From a virus (taxonomy: Duplodnaviria > Caudoviricetes): 64,000 bases of DNA. Within the stretch, counting starts at the first letter, position 1. Each line of letters opens with the position of its first letter. Below the pieces are notes generated by a model. It had not been told where the DNA came from. It saw only the letters and a program-made list of their open reading frames with translations, and made no database searches. This document shows positions 19,107 through 28,492 of the stretch, in pieces. The stretch is taken from the IMG/VR virus record IMGVR_UViG_3300006467_000454, positions 44,321 through 108,320 of that record; one strand, given 5' to 3'. Position numbers and translations under genes: made by a program.

Positions 19107-21616
19107 AAAGATATAAAATAGCATATATGGTGCATCGTGGGGATACCAATGGAGGATTCCCACAGCACACGGAAACTATTATCCATGCCTTAAAGGAATT
19201 AGGGCATCAGGTTAAATTCTTCTATCTGGATTATTGCGTTGGGGATAAAGCTTCTTTTATGGCTAAGAAAGTAGAACTTTTCCAGAATGGAGAGCTGATG
19301 CGTCAGGGTCATGAATTGCAAATCACCAAAGGGATAGGGACAGGGGAGTTTTACGATTCTGAAAAGGGTTGGTTTTGTCCAGTAACTCCATATAAAAATA
19401 TGGATGATAAAAAGAAGCTGAAAGCAGAGTTGGAAGAATACGACGCTGTATTTTGGCATACTCCATTTTGGTTCAAACAAAAGCCTACATTAATGGATAC
19501 GGATTGGCCAATGTTATTGGATTTGGAAAACCCAGTAAATATTGGAATGGTTCACGATGCTAATTTAAGGGCAAATGGGGCGTGGCAGTATTTTATAAGC
19601 AAATACTTTGACAAAATAATTACAGTCCATTTTGCTTCCTACAATTCAGCCTCAGTGCTACCTGTAAAACGTACCTTGATATTCAATCCTCAGGATTTAT
19701 CAAAAGTGGATGAATCCCATACTAATTTCAAGAATATCAAGAAAACGGGGAAGATATTCTCACTCCAGAATTGGAAGGGTAGCAAGCATGTTGATGATTT
19801 GATTCGTGCAGTACCTTACTTTTCAAAGAAGGTGAAAACAGTCGTTGCAGGGGATGGGATTGAAGCCCGTTATATGTTTGGCTCCAAGGAAAAGATGAAA
19901 CCTCAGTATTATTGTACTAAGGCTAAGGATCCGGATTTGCCTGAAAAATTAGAGGGTAAATTGACAATTGCTGAAAGGGCTCAGGAAACTGGACGATTTG
20001 AAAAATTGTTTTGGCTTGATTCAGATAATCGTGATAAACAAATGTCTGAAGCTGCTTTCTTTATTGATACAGCTTGGTATAGTGTGAATAAAGAATTGGG
20101 AAGCCACTTTTCTAGAACGTTAATTGAAGCCATGATGGCAGGTTGTGTACCTATCGCCAGAAACTTTGGATTAAGTGATAATGCGGAAGGGTTGGGTGAG
20201 TTATTTAAATCCAATATAAATTACATAATGATCCCCCATGATGCAACCCCTGCTGAATTCGCTGAAATTGTTAACAATGCGTTCAAAATGGACAAGAAAG
20301 AGTACAAGCGTATTGTAAAAAACAATTATAAACTCTTGGAAAATTTTTGTATGCTTAATGTAGCAAAGCAATATATCAAGTTAATAGAAGATAAAAAGAC
20401 TGGATTCTTTGATAAATATGAAGTTGGTGAACCGACTGAGGAGTTTATCAAAAAGGCTGAATTGCAATGGTTCGGTACTGGAGATAAAAGGACTTTTAAC
20501 TTCAAAAAAGAAGAAAGCATGGTTGAAGAAACCCCAGAGGATAAAAAGCCTAAAAAAGAAAAGGCTGAAAAACCTAAAAATGAAGAGGGCAAAAAGGAAA
20601 AGAAGTCAAAGTCCCCAAAACCAAAAGGGAAATGTGAGTTCACCCCTAATGAGAATTTCAAATATTATTTCTATTGGATTAGTGAGCGAATGAAAATATT
20701 CTGGGAACGGAATAAGGGTGAGGAAGCTCCTTGGACTGAGGATAAGATTTTGAATGATCATAAATTTACCAACGTTTATCGCTGCTTGGATCGTACAAGC
20801 CAATATTTGATAAAGCATATTATCAACGATACGAAGAAACGTTCCAAAGAAGAATTGTTTTGGAGAATATTATTATTCAAACATTTCAATTCTCCTGATA
20901 CTTGGATAGCCTTAGAAAAGAAATTCGGGGATATTACCTTAGAAACTAAGGTGAAGAAAATTATTAAGTTCCTTGAAAAGTACAAGAATGAAGGGAATAC
21001 CATTTACAGTAATGCTTATATGATGACAGCTTCCTTTATGAAGAAGCCAGAATTCATGAAAAAGTATAAAATGGGGGATTCAAGGAGTAAGCATGAAGCC
21101 TATCTTAAAATGCTTTGGAATGTCTTTATTGAGGAAGGGCTTGCAAAGAAAATTATTAAAAGTAAATCTTTGGAAGAGGTACAAGGTAAATTTAAGGAGG
21201 TTATTACTATTGGTGATTTCTTAGCGATGCAATATACCATTGATATCAATTACAGTAAGTTGATTGATTTTAGTGAAAACGATTTTATCGTTGCAGGTCC
21301 TGGGGCTATACGTGGAATTGACCGTACATTCGATATTGAGAGTGCTCCAGATTATCAAAAGATCATCAAGTGGGTTCACAAGAACTTTGATAAGCTGGCT
21401 AACGAATACGGGTATAAATTTAAGCCCCTCCCAAAACGTGCCTTGACTTTAATTGATTTGCAGAATTGCTTCTGTGAAACGGATAAATATTTGAGAGGGC
21501 GTGGTATCGATAATCCTAAAAAGGAAGTCGGTGGAAAACGCATCAAACAAGTATTCACTCAAAACACAGATAAAATTGAATATGTACTTCCCGAGAAGTG
21601 GGAAATAAAATTGTAA
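19103..21616 (+). CDS. GT-B glycosyltransferase fused to an aGPT-Pplase1 / 5-hmdU-DNA-kinase-helical domain
   Basis: N-part: GG.PQH, K..KHVDDLIRA, FSRTLIEAMMAGCVPI (GT-B). K-rich linker about 20510-20630. C-part: WISER...PWT.D.IL..HKFTNVYR.LDR, AGPGA.RG, QNCFCETDKY. Confidence 0.8.
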   Translation: MKRYKIAYMVHRGDTNGGFPQHTETIIHALKELGHQVKFFYLDYCVGDKASFMAKKVELFQNGELMRQGHELQITKGIGTGEFYDSEKGWFCPVTPYKNMDDKKKLKAELEEYDAVFWHTPFWFKQKPTLMDTDWPMLLDLENPVNIGMVHDANLRANGAWQYFISKYFDKIITVHFASYNSASVLPVKRTLIFNPQDLSKVDESHTNFKNIKKTGKIFSLQNWKGSKHVDDLIRAVPYFSKKVKTVVAGDGIEARYMFGSKEKMKPQYYCTKAKDPDLPEKLEGKLTIAERAQETGRFEKLFWLDSDNRDKQMSEAAFFIDTAWYSVNKELGSHFSRTLIEAMMAGCVPIARNFGLSDNAEGLGELFKSNINYIMIPHDATPAEFAEIVNNAFKMDKKEYKRIVKNNYKLLENFCMLNVAKQYIKLIEDKKTGFFDKYEVGEPTEEFIKKAELQWFGTGDKRTFNFKKEESMVEETPEDKKPKKEKAEKPKNEEGKKEKKSKSPKPKGKCEFTPNENFKYYFYWISERMKIFWERNKGEEAPWTEDKILNDHKFTNVYRCLDRTSQYLIKHIINDTKKRSKEELFWRILLFKHFNSPDTWIALEKKFGDITLETKVKKIIKFLEKYKNEGNTIYSNAYMMTASFMKKPEFMKKYKMGDSRSKHEAYLKMLWNVFIEEGLAKKIIKSKSLEEVQGKFKEVITIGDFLAMQYTIDINYSKLIDFSENDFIVAGPGAIRGIDRTFDIESAPDYQKIIKWVHKNFDKLANEYGYKFKPLPKRALTLIDLQNCFCETDKYLRGRGIDNPKKEVGGKRIKQVFTQNTDKIEYVLPEKWEIKL

Positions 21617-21620
21617 TTAT

Positions 21621-22646
21621 ATGTATATTTTTGAAAACTTGAATTCGGCTTTAGTTGGGATGTGTTCTAACTTACTGGAGTATGGGGAAACAAGGGAAAC
21701 AAGGGGGCATCATTGCGTTGAGATACCTTATCCCGTTTTAATCTGTATTAACAACCCGACTGACAGGTATGTGACTATCCCTGAAAGAAAATGGAATAAG
21801 GTCTTGCCGTTTGCGGAAAGCCTTTGGTTGGCGTTGGGGTTAAATGATTTGGATGAATTGCCAGGAAATTATGTGAAGAATTTGTATAATTTTTCAGATA
21901 ATGGTAGAACGTGGCGTGCAGGTTATGGTCCGAGAATGAGATACTTTAGTGGGCATGGTTCTGATTATGATATTAGTAAACGTGATGAGGCTAAAGTTTA
22001 CTCTGGGGATATTAACCATACTGACCAGTTGAAGTTTGTTATTGATACTTTAAATAGGGATATCAATAGCCGACAAGCTATCATTACAATCCATGACCCT
22101 GCAAAGGATGACTTTGATCGTGATGGTGGGCTAAAGGTTACAAAAGACCAACCTTGCACACGTAGCATCCATTTCCAAGTAAATACCAAGGGGGAATTGG
22201 ATTGCATCGTTGACATCCGTTCTAACGATGTTTTGTGGGGATTCTCAGCGGTTAACGTCATTAACTTTGCTATCATGCAAGAATACGTTGCTAATATTAT
22301 GGGGCTGCCTATTGGTAAATATTATCATTTTGCCCATAATTTCCATTATTATGAAGATTTTGAAAGTAGAGTAGTTGAGCTGAGAGATGTTGGGTTTTCT
22401 GACCCTAATTACCATAAAGAAAGTGTTAAGTTCCAATATAAGGATCCGATTGGGGACCTTGAGAACTTTGATTTCCTATTGGATTTATTGTTTGATTATG
22501 AGAAATCACTTCGTGAGGGATATTCGTTGCCTTGTGATTTAGGTAATGATATGTTCAATGACTGGGCTAAAGTGTTCTATAACTATTGGACTAAGCAGCC
22601 AGTGTATTTTGAAAATCCACATTTAAATAAATTGTTTAATATTTAA
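21621..22646 (+). CDS. Thymidylate-synthase-family enzyme, probable dUMP hydroxymethylase
   Basis: YGPR, SRQA, KDQPCT (catalytic Cys), RSNDVLWGFSAVN (Asn at the specificity position = uracil substrate), H.YE; context of aGPT-Pplase1 domain and dNMP kinase. Confidence 0.78.
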   Translation: MYIFENLNSALVGMCSNLLEYGETRETRGHHCVEIPYPVLICINNPTDRYVTIPERKWNKVLPFAESLWLALGLNDLDELPGNYVKNLYNFSDNGRTWRAGYGPRMRYFSGHGSDYDISKRDEAKVYSGDINHTDQLKFVIDTLNRDINSRQAIITIHDPAKDDFDRDGGLKVTKDQPCTRSIHFQVNTKGELDCIVDIRSNDVLWGFSAVNVINFAIMQEYVANIMGLPIGKYYHFAHNFHYYEDFESRVVELRDVGFSDPNYHKESVKFQYKDPIGDLENFDFLLDLLFDYEKSLREGYSLPCDLGNDMFNDWAKVFYNYWTKQPVYFENPHLNKLFNI

Positions 22647-22653
22647 TTCGTAA

Positions 22654-23325
22654 ATGGCATTAAATGACTATCGATATAAGTATATTTATGCAACATTTAA
22701 TTTAGTGAATGGTAAATTTTATGTCGGTAGCCATATGTCCAATAAAGATCCTAATTCTGATAAATACCTTGGCTCTGGTGTTAGGATTAAATACGCCATA
22801 AGGAAATATGGTAGGGTTAATTTCAAAAGGGAAATTATTGAATTTTACCACGGAGAAGATATTGAAGAATTTAGGGATTTAGAAACTTATTGGATAAATT
22901 CTTTAGAAGCCGTAACATTAGGGTATAATCTAAAAGAATCAGCTAATTCCCCTTATACTGAAGGTAAAAGTGTTGGGGATAAAATAGCAAAAACATTGAG
23001 GGGTGTCCCAAAATCAGAATCCCATAAACGGAACCTTAGTAAAAGTAAACAAGGTTCAAAGCCATGGAATTTAGGGGTCCCATGTAGGGAAGAAGTGAAA
23101 AAGAAGATACAAGCCACTTCTAAGAAAAGGGTCATCCCTAGGGAACATATTGAGAAAATGCATAAAGCTGTTACAGGTGTTCCGAAGAGTAAAAGGTTCA
23201 AGAAAATTATATCTGATTCTTGGAAGAATAGGGAGGAAATAAAATGCCCTCATTGTGGGTTAAAAAGTAAAAGTTTAGGTAACATGAATCGTTACCATTT
23301 TAATAATTGTAAATCAAAATCGTAA
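22654..23325 (+). mobile_element. Free-standing GIY-YIG homing endonuclease with NUMOD3-like repeats
   Basis: YIY...NLVNGKFYVG, YLGSG, KYG..NF.RE, E..WI, GYN; repeated G.PKSE.HK..LS modules. Confidence 0.85.
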
Positions 23326-23329
23326 AATT

Positions 23330-23845
23330 ATGCTAAGCATTGGTTATTATCGTAAAATGAAAAGGGTTAAAAGGCTCGGGCTATCATTCATCCATAGGGA
23401 GTATTCGCTATTGGAGCACCAATATATGGTAGGTATGTTGTTTAAGTATTTTGCATCAAAGGAAAATGTCCCTTATGATATTCACGTTTGGGATTTAGTT
23501 CTTCACCACGATGCATTGGAAGTCGAAACAACAGATTTAATTTCAACCGTGAAAAAACTTTCCAAGAAAACTCAAGAAGCTTGGGAAGTCATTGAGGAGG
23601 AAGTTATCAACAAACATTTCCAGTTAGAAAAATACAGTGATAAAAGATTTAAGGAAGGCATGACACCCCTCCAGCATAAGCTGTTTAAAGCTTGTGATTA
23701 TCTTGACTTGTGGATTTTTATCAAGGAAGAAGTAGCCATCGGAAACAAATCAAAAGATATTTTGGAAATCCTAGGGCGGTGTGACGAAATGATAGGCACG
23801 GATTTCCTACATATCCGTAAATTCATGGAGGGATTTAAATGCTAA
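23330..23845 (+). CDS. HD-domain nucleotide phosphohydrolase (YfbR-like)
   Basis: SLLEH, LHHDALE, KACDYLD. Confidence 0.8.
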   Translation: MLSIGYYRKMKRVKRLGLSFIHREYSLLEHQYMVGMLFKYFASKENVPYDIHVWDLVLHHDALEVETTDLISTVKKLSKKTQEAWEVIEEEVINKHFQLEKYSDKRFKEGMTPLQHKLFKACDYLDLWIFIKEEVAIGNKSKDILEILGRCDEMIGTDFLHIRKFMEGFKC

Positions 23846-24468
23846 ATGTATGGGTATATTTAGGAGTAAATGGGTCTGGAAAAGACTTTCAGGCTAAATT
23901 GAAATCTGAGGAGTTAAAGGTTTTACCTTTTGATTTTAGTGATGGAGTTCGGGAATACACGTTTGCTTTCCTGGGTTGGACTCCCCCCAATAAAGATGAT
24001 TATGAGGCTTGGAAATCAGGTCAATCAACTATGTTTATGCCAGAGGGGCTGAGTGCCTATTCCATAAAAATGCGCAAGGGGCGTGAGTTCTTAGATAATG
24101 TTGGCAAAAAGATGAGGGATTTTGACCCTGATTTTTGGGCAAAACATACCGTAAGTAAAGCCACTGAATATTATCAACAGGGGGTGGAGAATATTATCTT
24201 TTCTTCTTGTAGGTATATAAATGAAGCAAAAGCAATTTTAGATTTCGTTTATAGTGCAGGTGGGGATGATGCAAATGTTAATTTCATATTCTGTGATTAC
24301 CAATCAACGAAATATGATGACACTTACAGGGAATATCAAGAATTAGCCTTAATCCTTAGAGATATGGGGGCTGGTGACCTTGAGAAAGTTAACGAAAAAA
24401 TTTATTATTTAATTGCCAATTATGAAAAAGTTGCTCAAGTTTTTAGAAGCGAATCGGATAGAGCATAA
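23839..24468 (+). CDS. Deoxynucleoside monophosphate kinase
   Basis: GVNGSGKD P-loop, FSD.VRE, RE.L..VG..MR..DPDFW and CRY.NE, as in phage dNMP kinases. Confidence 0.75.
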   Translation: MLNVWVYLGVNGSGKDFQAKLKSEELKVLPFDFSDGVREYTFAFLGWTPPNKDDYEAWKSGQSTMFMPEGLSAYSIKMRKGREFLDNVGKKMRDFDPDFWAKHTVSKATEYYQQGVENIIFSSCRYINEAKAILDFVYSAGGDDANVNFIFCDYQSTKYDDTYREYQELALILRDMGAGDLEKVNEKIYYLIANYEKVAQVFRSESDRA

Positions 24469-27400
24469 ACAGCATAACAAGAAGATGGTGATTATCGGTG
24501 GGGAGAAATTTGAACTGATAAAACCAGACGATGATGGGAAGATTTTCACCCCTTCTTTTACACTGATGGCTGATTCAACTAAGGCTGAAAATTATGTGTT
24601 TTCATTTGGTGGCAATTACTACTTTACACCCGAAGGCACGGAAGATGACCCCAAGCTTAACAACCTACGCTATTACGGGAAATGTTCTGAAAAACAAAAG
24701 AATAAATCCTTCTTAGGTGTTAGGGGTGGATTTGAGATCCTTAACGGCTCAGGGCAATATAAAGATTGGGTTAAGAAAGCTAAATTTTTAGGTCTTGAAA
24801 CTTTAGGTATTTGTGAGAAAAATACTTTGGCAGGTGCCTTGAAGTTCCAGAGTGCCTGTAAAAGTGGTGGAATTGAATCTATTATTGGTGAAACTGTTAC
24901 TGTATTCCGGAAATCAGAAGATTTAAGGTATGATTTGAAATTATACGTTAAAAATGAAAAGGGGTATCGGAATCTCTTACTTATAAATAAAAAAATCAAT
25001 GTTGATGAATTGTCATTTATAAAGGAAGAGGATCTATTCAAAATGTTGGATGGGTTATACATTGTCCTTGACCCAAAATCATTGCCATATGAAAAGGTAT
25101 TCCCAATTGATCTTGATAATGATGTGTTTTACCAAATTGACCCTGTAATATGGGAAGACAATGAAGTTGATAAAACTTATTTGGAAAACCTAAAGCAATA
25201 TGTGCTTGAAAAAAGATTTAAGCCAATTGCAATTTGGGATGCTTTCTATTTAGAAAAGGATCATAATCACATCAAACAAATCCTAAACGGGATAGCGAAG
25301 AAATTCGAATATATTTCAAAGGATCAATGGTTCAAGACTTGGGGGGAATATGAAAGCGGTTGCTCAGATATTTTCTCTGAAGAGCGTATTGGGATACTGA
25401 AGAAAGCCAAGAAGAATTTGGAATTAGTTGCGAGCGTTTGCAAGAATTTTAATATACCTACTGGGGAACGTCATTTGCCTAAATACAAAATGACCAAAAA
25501 AGAGGCTAAAAAGTATAAAACAAATAAGGATCTTTTCTGGGGATTGGTTGAAGATGGGTTGAAGCGTAAAACCCCAAAAGGTAAAAAGAAAGAATACCTA
25601 AAGCGTGTTGAAATAGAATGGGATGTTATTGAATATGGGGATGTAATGGATTATTTCTTAATTCTATATGATATCATCAAGTGGTGCCGCAAAAAGAATA
25701 TACTCGTGGGTATTGGTCGTGGTTCTGCTGGAGGTTCTTTAGTATCTTATCTATTGGATATTACTCAGCTTGACCCAATTGAATACGGGTTACTTTTTGA
25801 GAGATTTTTGAATAAAGGTCGTATTGAAAAGTCACTACCCGATATTGATGTGGATTTCCCTGCTAAGAAACGTGGGCTGATTAAAGCCTATATTGAGAAA
25901 CGATACGGGCATGATCAGGTTTGTTCAGTAGGCACTTACACCGCATTACAGTTGAGGGCTGCCTTAAAGGATATTGCGAGGCAGTATTCAATCCCGTTTG
26001 ATGAAACAAATAGGGTTACTGCTTATCTTGAAGGTTGCAAATCACTGGAAGATATTTTCCGGAAATCAGCTTCGGATAAATTTGTTTACACTTTTGTTAG
26101 CAAATATCCGTATGTGATAAACGATATCCCATTAGTTTTAGGGCAACCAAAAGCTAAATCAATCCACGCTTGTGCCATGATGGTATTCCCGAAAGAGAAA
26201 ACCATGTACGAGTGGGCTCCTGTTAGGGAACAGGACGGACAAATAGTAAGTGAGTGGGAAGGTAATGAGTTGGATGAAGCAGGATTCCTTAAAGAGGATA
26301 TTTTGGGGGTTAAACAGTTAGATAAATATGAGGATATTTTGGAATCCATCAAAAAGGTGGAAGGCAAAGAAATTGACTTGTATTCATTAAAGCTTAATCA
26401 CGATAAATGCTATAAGTATTTCCAGAAGGGGTGGAATGGTGATGTATTCCACTTTGGTAGTCGGGGATTGACAGGGTACTGTAAGGAATTACTCCCTGAA
26501 GATATTAATGATTTGATTGCTGGAATCTCCCTTTATCGTCCTGGAGCGATGGAGAATAACTTCCATAACGAATATGTCCTACGTAAAAATGGGGATCGTG
26601 AGGTAGAATATTTTGTCGGTTCTGAGGAAATCCTTAAAGATACTTATGGGGTATTTGTTTATCAGGAGCAGATTATGAAGCTTTGTCAGGTTTTAGGTGG
26701 ATTATCCCTTGTAGAAGCGGATGATGTACGTAAAGCGATGGTAAAGAAAAAGTATGAAGCACTCCAGCAGTATAAAGTTAGATTTATCCCACATTATGTG
26801 AAAGAATTTGGGGTATCTAAACAATATGCCGAAGGAGTTTGGGAGGCTATTGATAAAGCTGCAACTTATCTGTTCAATAAATCCCATGCATCTGCTTATT
26901 CCATTACAGGATACTGGGGGCAATACCTCAAAGTATTTTACCCTGTACACTATTGGAAAACAGCTATTAATTATGCTGATGAAGATCAATTCCCTCATTA
27001 CATTAATGAAGTCCATAAAACAGGTGATATAGAAATCAAGCCACCTGATATAAATGAATCCGGAGAAGGGGTAACTGCTGATTTCAAAGCAAATAAAATT
27101 TACTGGTCAATAGGTGGTATCAAAAATGTTGGGGGAACAGCCCTTCATCAAATAATTGAAGACCGAAAAAAGAGCGGTGAATACTTTGATTTGAAGGAAT
27201 TCTATTCACGCCATAAGTTTACTGGGACTAAGGTAAACAAGCGTACAATCGAATGCTTAATTTTATCTGGTGCTTTTGATCAGGTTTGTGATATTGATTT
27301 ACCTAAAAGGAGATTTAAATTAATTGAAGAATTTAGGGAGATTGGTAAGATCAAAATTGATGATGAGAAAGATCTTTTCTCTGCCAATAAATCTATGTTA

Positions 27401-27811
27401 AAAGATAACCAATGGTGGGTATTCCAACAGAAGTTGTTATCCGGAATTGCTTATTTTGATTATAAGGATCTTTGTGGTAGGTTAGAAGTGGAAGGGTATA
27501 AATTCATGAACCCAGAAAAGTTCATGAGGGAAAACTCAGCTGGCAAAGATGCCAGAATTGGGGGGTACATTTCCGAAATTAAGCTACGTAAGAATCAGAA
27601 AGGGCAATGGGCTTCCATAGTTCTGGAAAGTAATTACGAATTCATTAGGGTTCAGATTTGGCCAGAGCAATTCTCTAGGTTAGAGGGTAGGATTCACTCT
27701 AAATCTAAGGCTGTTATTGTTTTAAATGGCAAAATTAAGTTTGATGAAAAGTATTCTAAGGAAAATAATCTACAAACCACCGAAGATACTGAATTCTTAG
27801 TTTTAGAATAG
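24422..27811 (+). CDS. dnaE: DNA polymerase III alpha subunit
   Basis: GRGSAGGSLV.YLL.IT, LFERFLN, PDIDVDF, K.DILG, YRPG, VYQEQIM, FNKSH, PPDIN.S; C-terminal OB fold. Confidence 0.95.
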   Translation: MKKLLKFLEANRIEHKQHNKKMVIIGGEKFELIKPDDDGKIFTPSFTLMADSTKAENYVFSFGGNYYFTPEGTEDDPKLNNLRYYGKCSEKQKNKSFLGVRGGFEILNGSGQYKDWVKKAKFLGLETLGICEKNTLAGALKFQSACKSGGIESIIGETVTVFRKSEDLRYDLKLYVKNEKGYRNLLLINKKINVDELSFIKEEDLFKMLDGLYIVLDPKSLPYEKVFPIDLDNDVFYQIDPVIWEDNEVDKTYLENLKQYVLEKRFKPIAIWDAFYLEKDHNHIKQILNGIAKKFEYISKDQWFKTWGEYESGCSDIFSEERIGILKKAKKNLELVASVCKNFNIPTGERHLPKYKMTKKEAKKYKTNKDLFWGLVEDGLKRKTPKGKKKEYLKRVEIEWDVIEYGDVMDYFLILYDIIKWCRKKNILVGIGRGSAGGSLVSYLLDITQLDPIEYGLLFERFLNKGRIEKSLPDIDVDFPAKKRGLIKAYIEKRYGHDQVCSVGTYTALQLRAALKDIARQYSIPFDETNRVTAYLEGCKSLEDIFRKSASDKFVYTFVSKYPYVINDIPLVLGQPKAKSIHACAMMVFPKEKTMYEWAPVREQDGQIVSEWEGNELDEAGFLKEDILGVKQLDKYEDILESIKKVEGKEIDLYSLKLNHDKCYKYFQKGWNGDVFHFGSRGLTGYCKELLPEDINDLIAGISLYRPGAMENNFHNEYVLRKNGDREVEYFVGSEEILKDTYGVFVYQEQIMKLCQVLGGLSLVEADDVRKAMVKKKYEALQQYKVRFIPHYVKEFGVSKQYAEGVWEAIDKAATYLFNKSHASAYSITGYWGQYLKVFYPVHYWKTAINYADEDQFPHYINEVHKTGDIEIKPPDINESGEGVTADFKANKIYWSIGGIKNVGGTALHQIIEDRKKSGEYFDLKEFYSRHKFTGTKVNKRTIECLILSGAFDQVCDIDLPKRRFKLIEEFREIGKIKIDDEKDLFSANKSMLKDNQWWVFQQKLLSGIAYFDYKDLCGRLEVEGYKFMNPEKFMRENSAGKDARIGGYISEIKLRKNQKGQWASIVLESNYEFIRVQIWPEQFSRLEGRIHSKSKAVIVLNGKIKFDEKYSKENNLQTTEDTEFLVLE

Positions 27812-27879
27812 TCTTATTTAAAATTGTTATAAATAAGGGTTAAAATGCCTTTTACGTTTAATTTTTAAGTAATTTTAAA

Positions 27880-28482
27880 ATGGCGAAAGATAAAGATAAG
27901 AAGAAGAATAAGAAGAATCGTGATGTAGATAATGACTCGAAGAATATTACAGTATTCATAAACGATAAACCAATTGTTTTAAGGTATAAAGAATTTCAAG
28001 ACGAAATTGATGTTGATGAGATTACCAAAATTCAATATGAGAATATCTATGGTGAAAGTGTTACGGTTGCAGTGTTGATGAATCAGGTTGGGGCTTTGAA
28101 AGCAGAAGCAGAACATGAGTATGGTTTGAAAAAGTTAGAATTTGAAATTTTCGAAGCCGACCTGAAAAAAAGATTCCGCAGGGAAGCAAGCCAAAACGCT
28201 GGTAAAATAAAGATGGAAGGGGAACTTGTAAAGTTAACTGAATCAGCTTTGATTGACGCTGTAACCCTTGATGAAGGGTGGCAGGTTAAAAAGAAGAATA
28301 AATACAGGGCTAAAAGGAACCTTGATGTTGTTGAATCTCTAATGTGGGCTGTAAATAGTAAGGATAAGAAATTGAATAACTTAGTAAAAGCAGTAACTCC
28401 GGAAGAATTCTATGATCAAATTGTTGAAGGTAGGGTGAACGGTATATTGATAAAGAAAAGAAAAAGTTTAACTGGAAAATAA
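27880..28482 (+). CDS. Hypothetical helical protein, possibly a UvsY-like recombination mediator
   Basis: Helical and charged; lies before the SSB/Mre11/RecA genes; function inferred from position only. Confidence 0.35.
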   Translation: MAKDKDKKKNKKNRDVDNDSKNITVFINDKPIVLRYKEFQDEIDVDEITKIQYENIYGESVTVAVLMNQVGALKAEAEHEYGLKKLEFEIFEADLKKRFRREASQNAGKIKMEGELVKLTESALIDAVTLDEGWQVKKKNKYRAKRNLDVVESLMWAVNSKDKKLNNLVKAVTPEEFYDQIVEGRVNGILIKKRKSLTGK

Positions 28483-28492
28483 TTTTAAAATT

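Noticed and set aside
21621-22646. Canonical ThyA or dCMP hydroxymethylase
   Set aside because: RSNDVLWGFSAVN has Asn, not the Asp of dCMP enzymes, and differs from ThyA RSxDxxLGxPFN; the context favours dUMP hydroxymethylase, though only an assay can exclude ThyA activity
22646-23330. Group I intron carrying the GIY-YIG gene
   Set aside because: The flanking genes look complete and the spacers are only 4-7 nt, leaving no room for intron core elements
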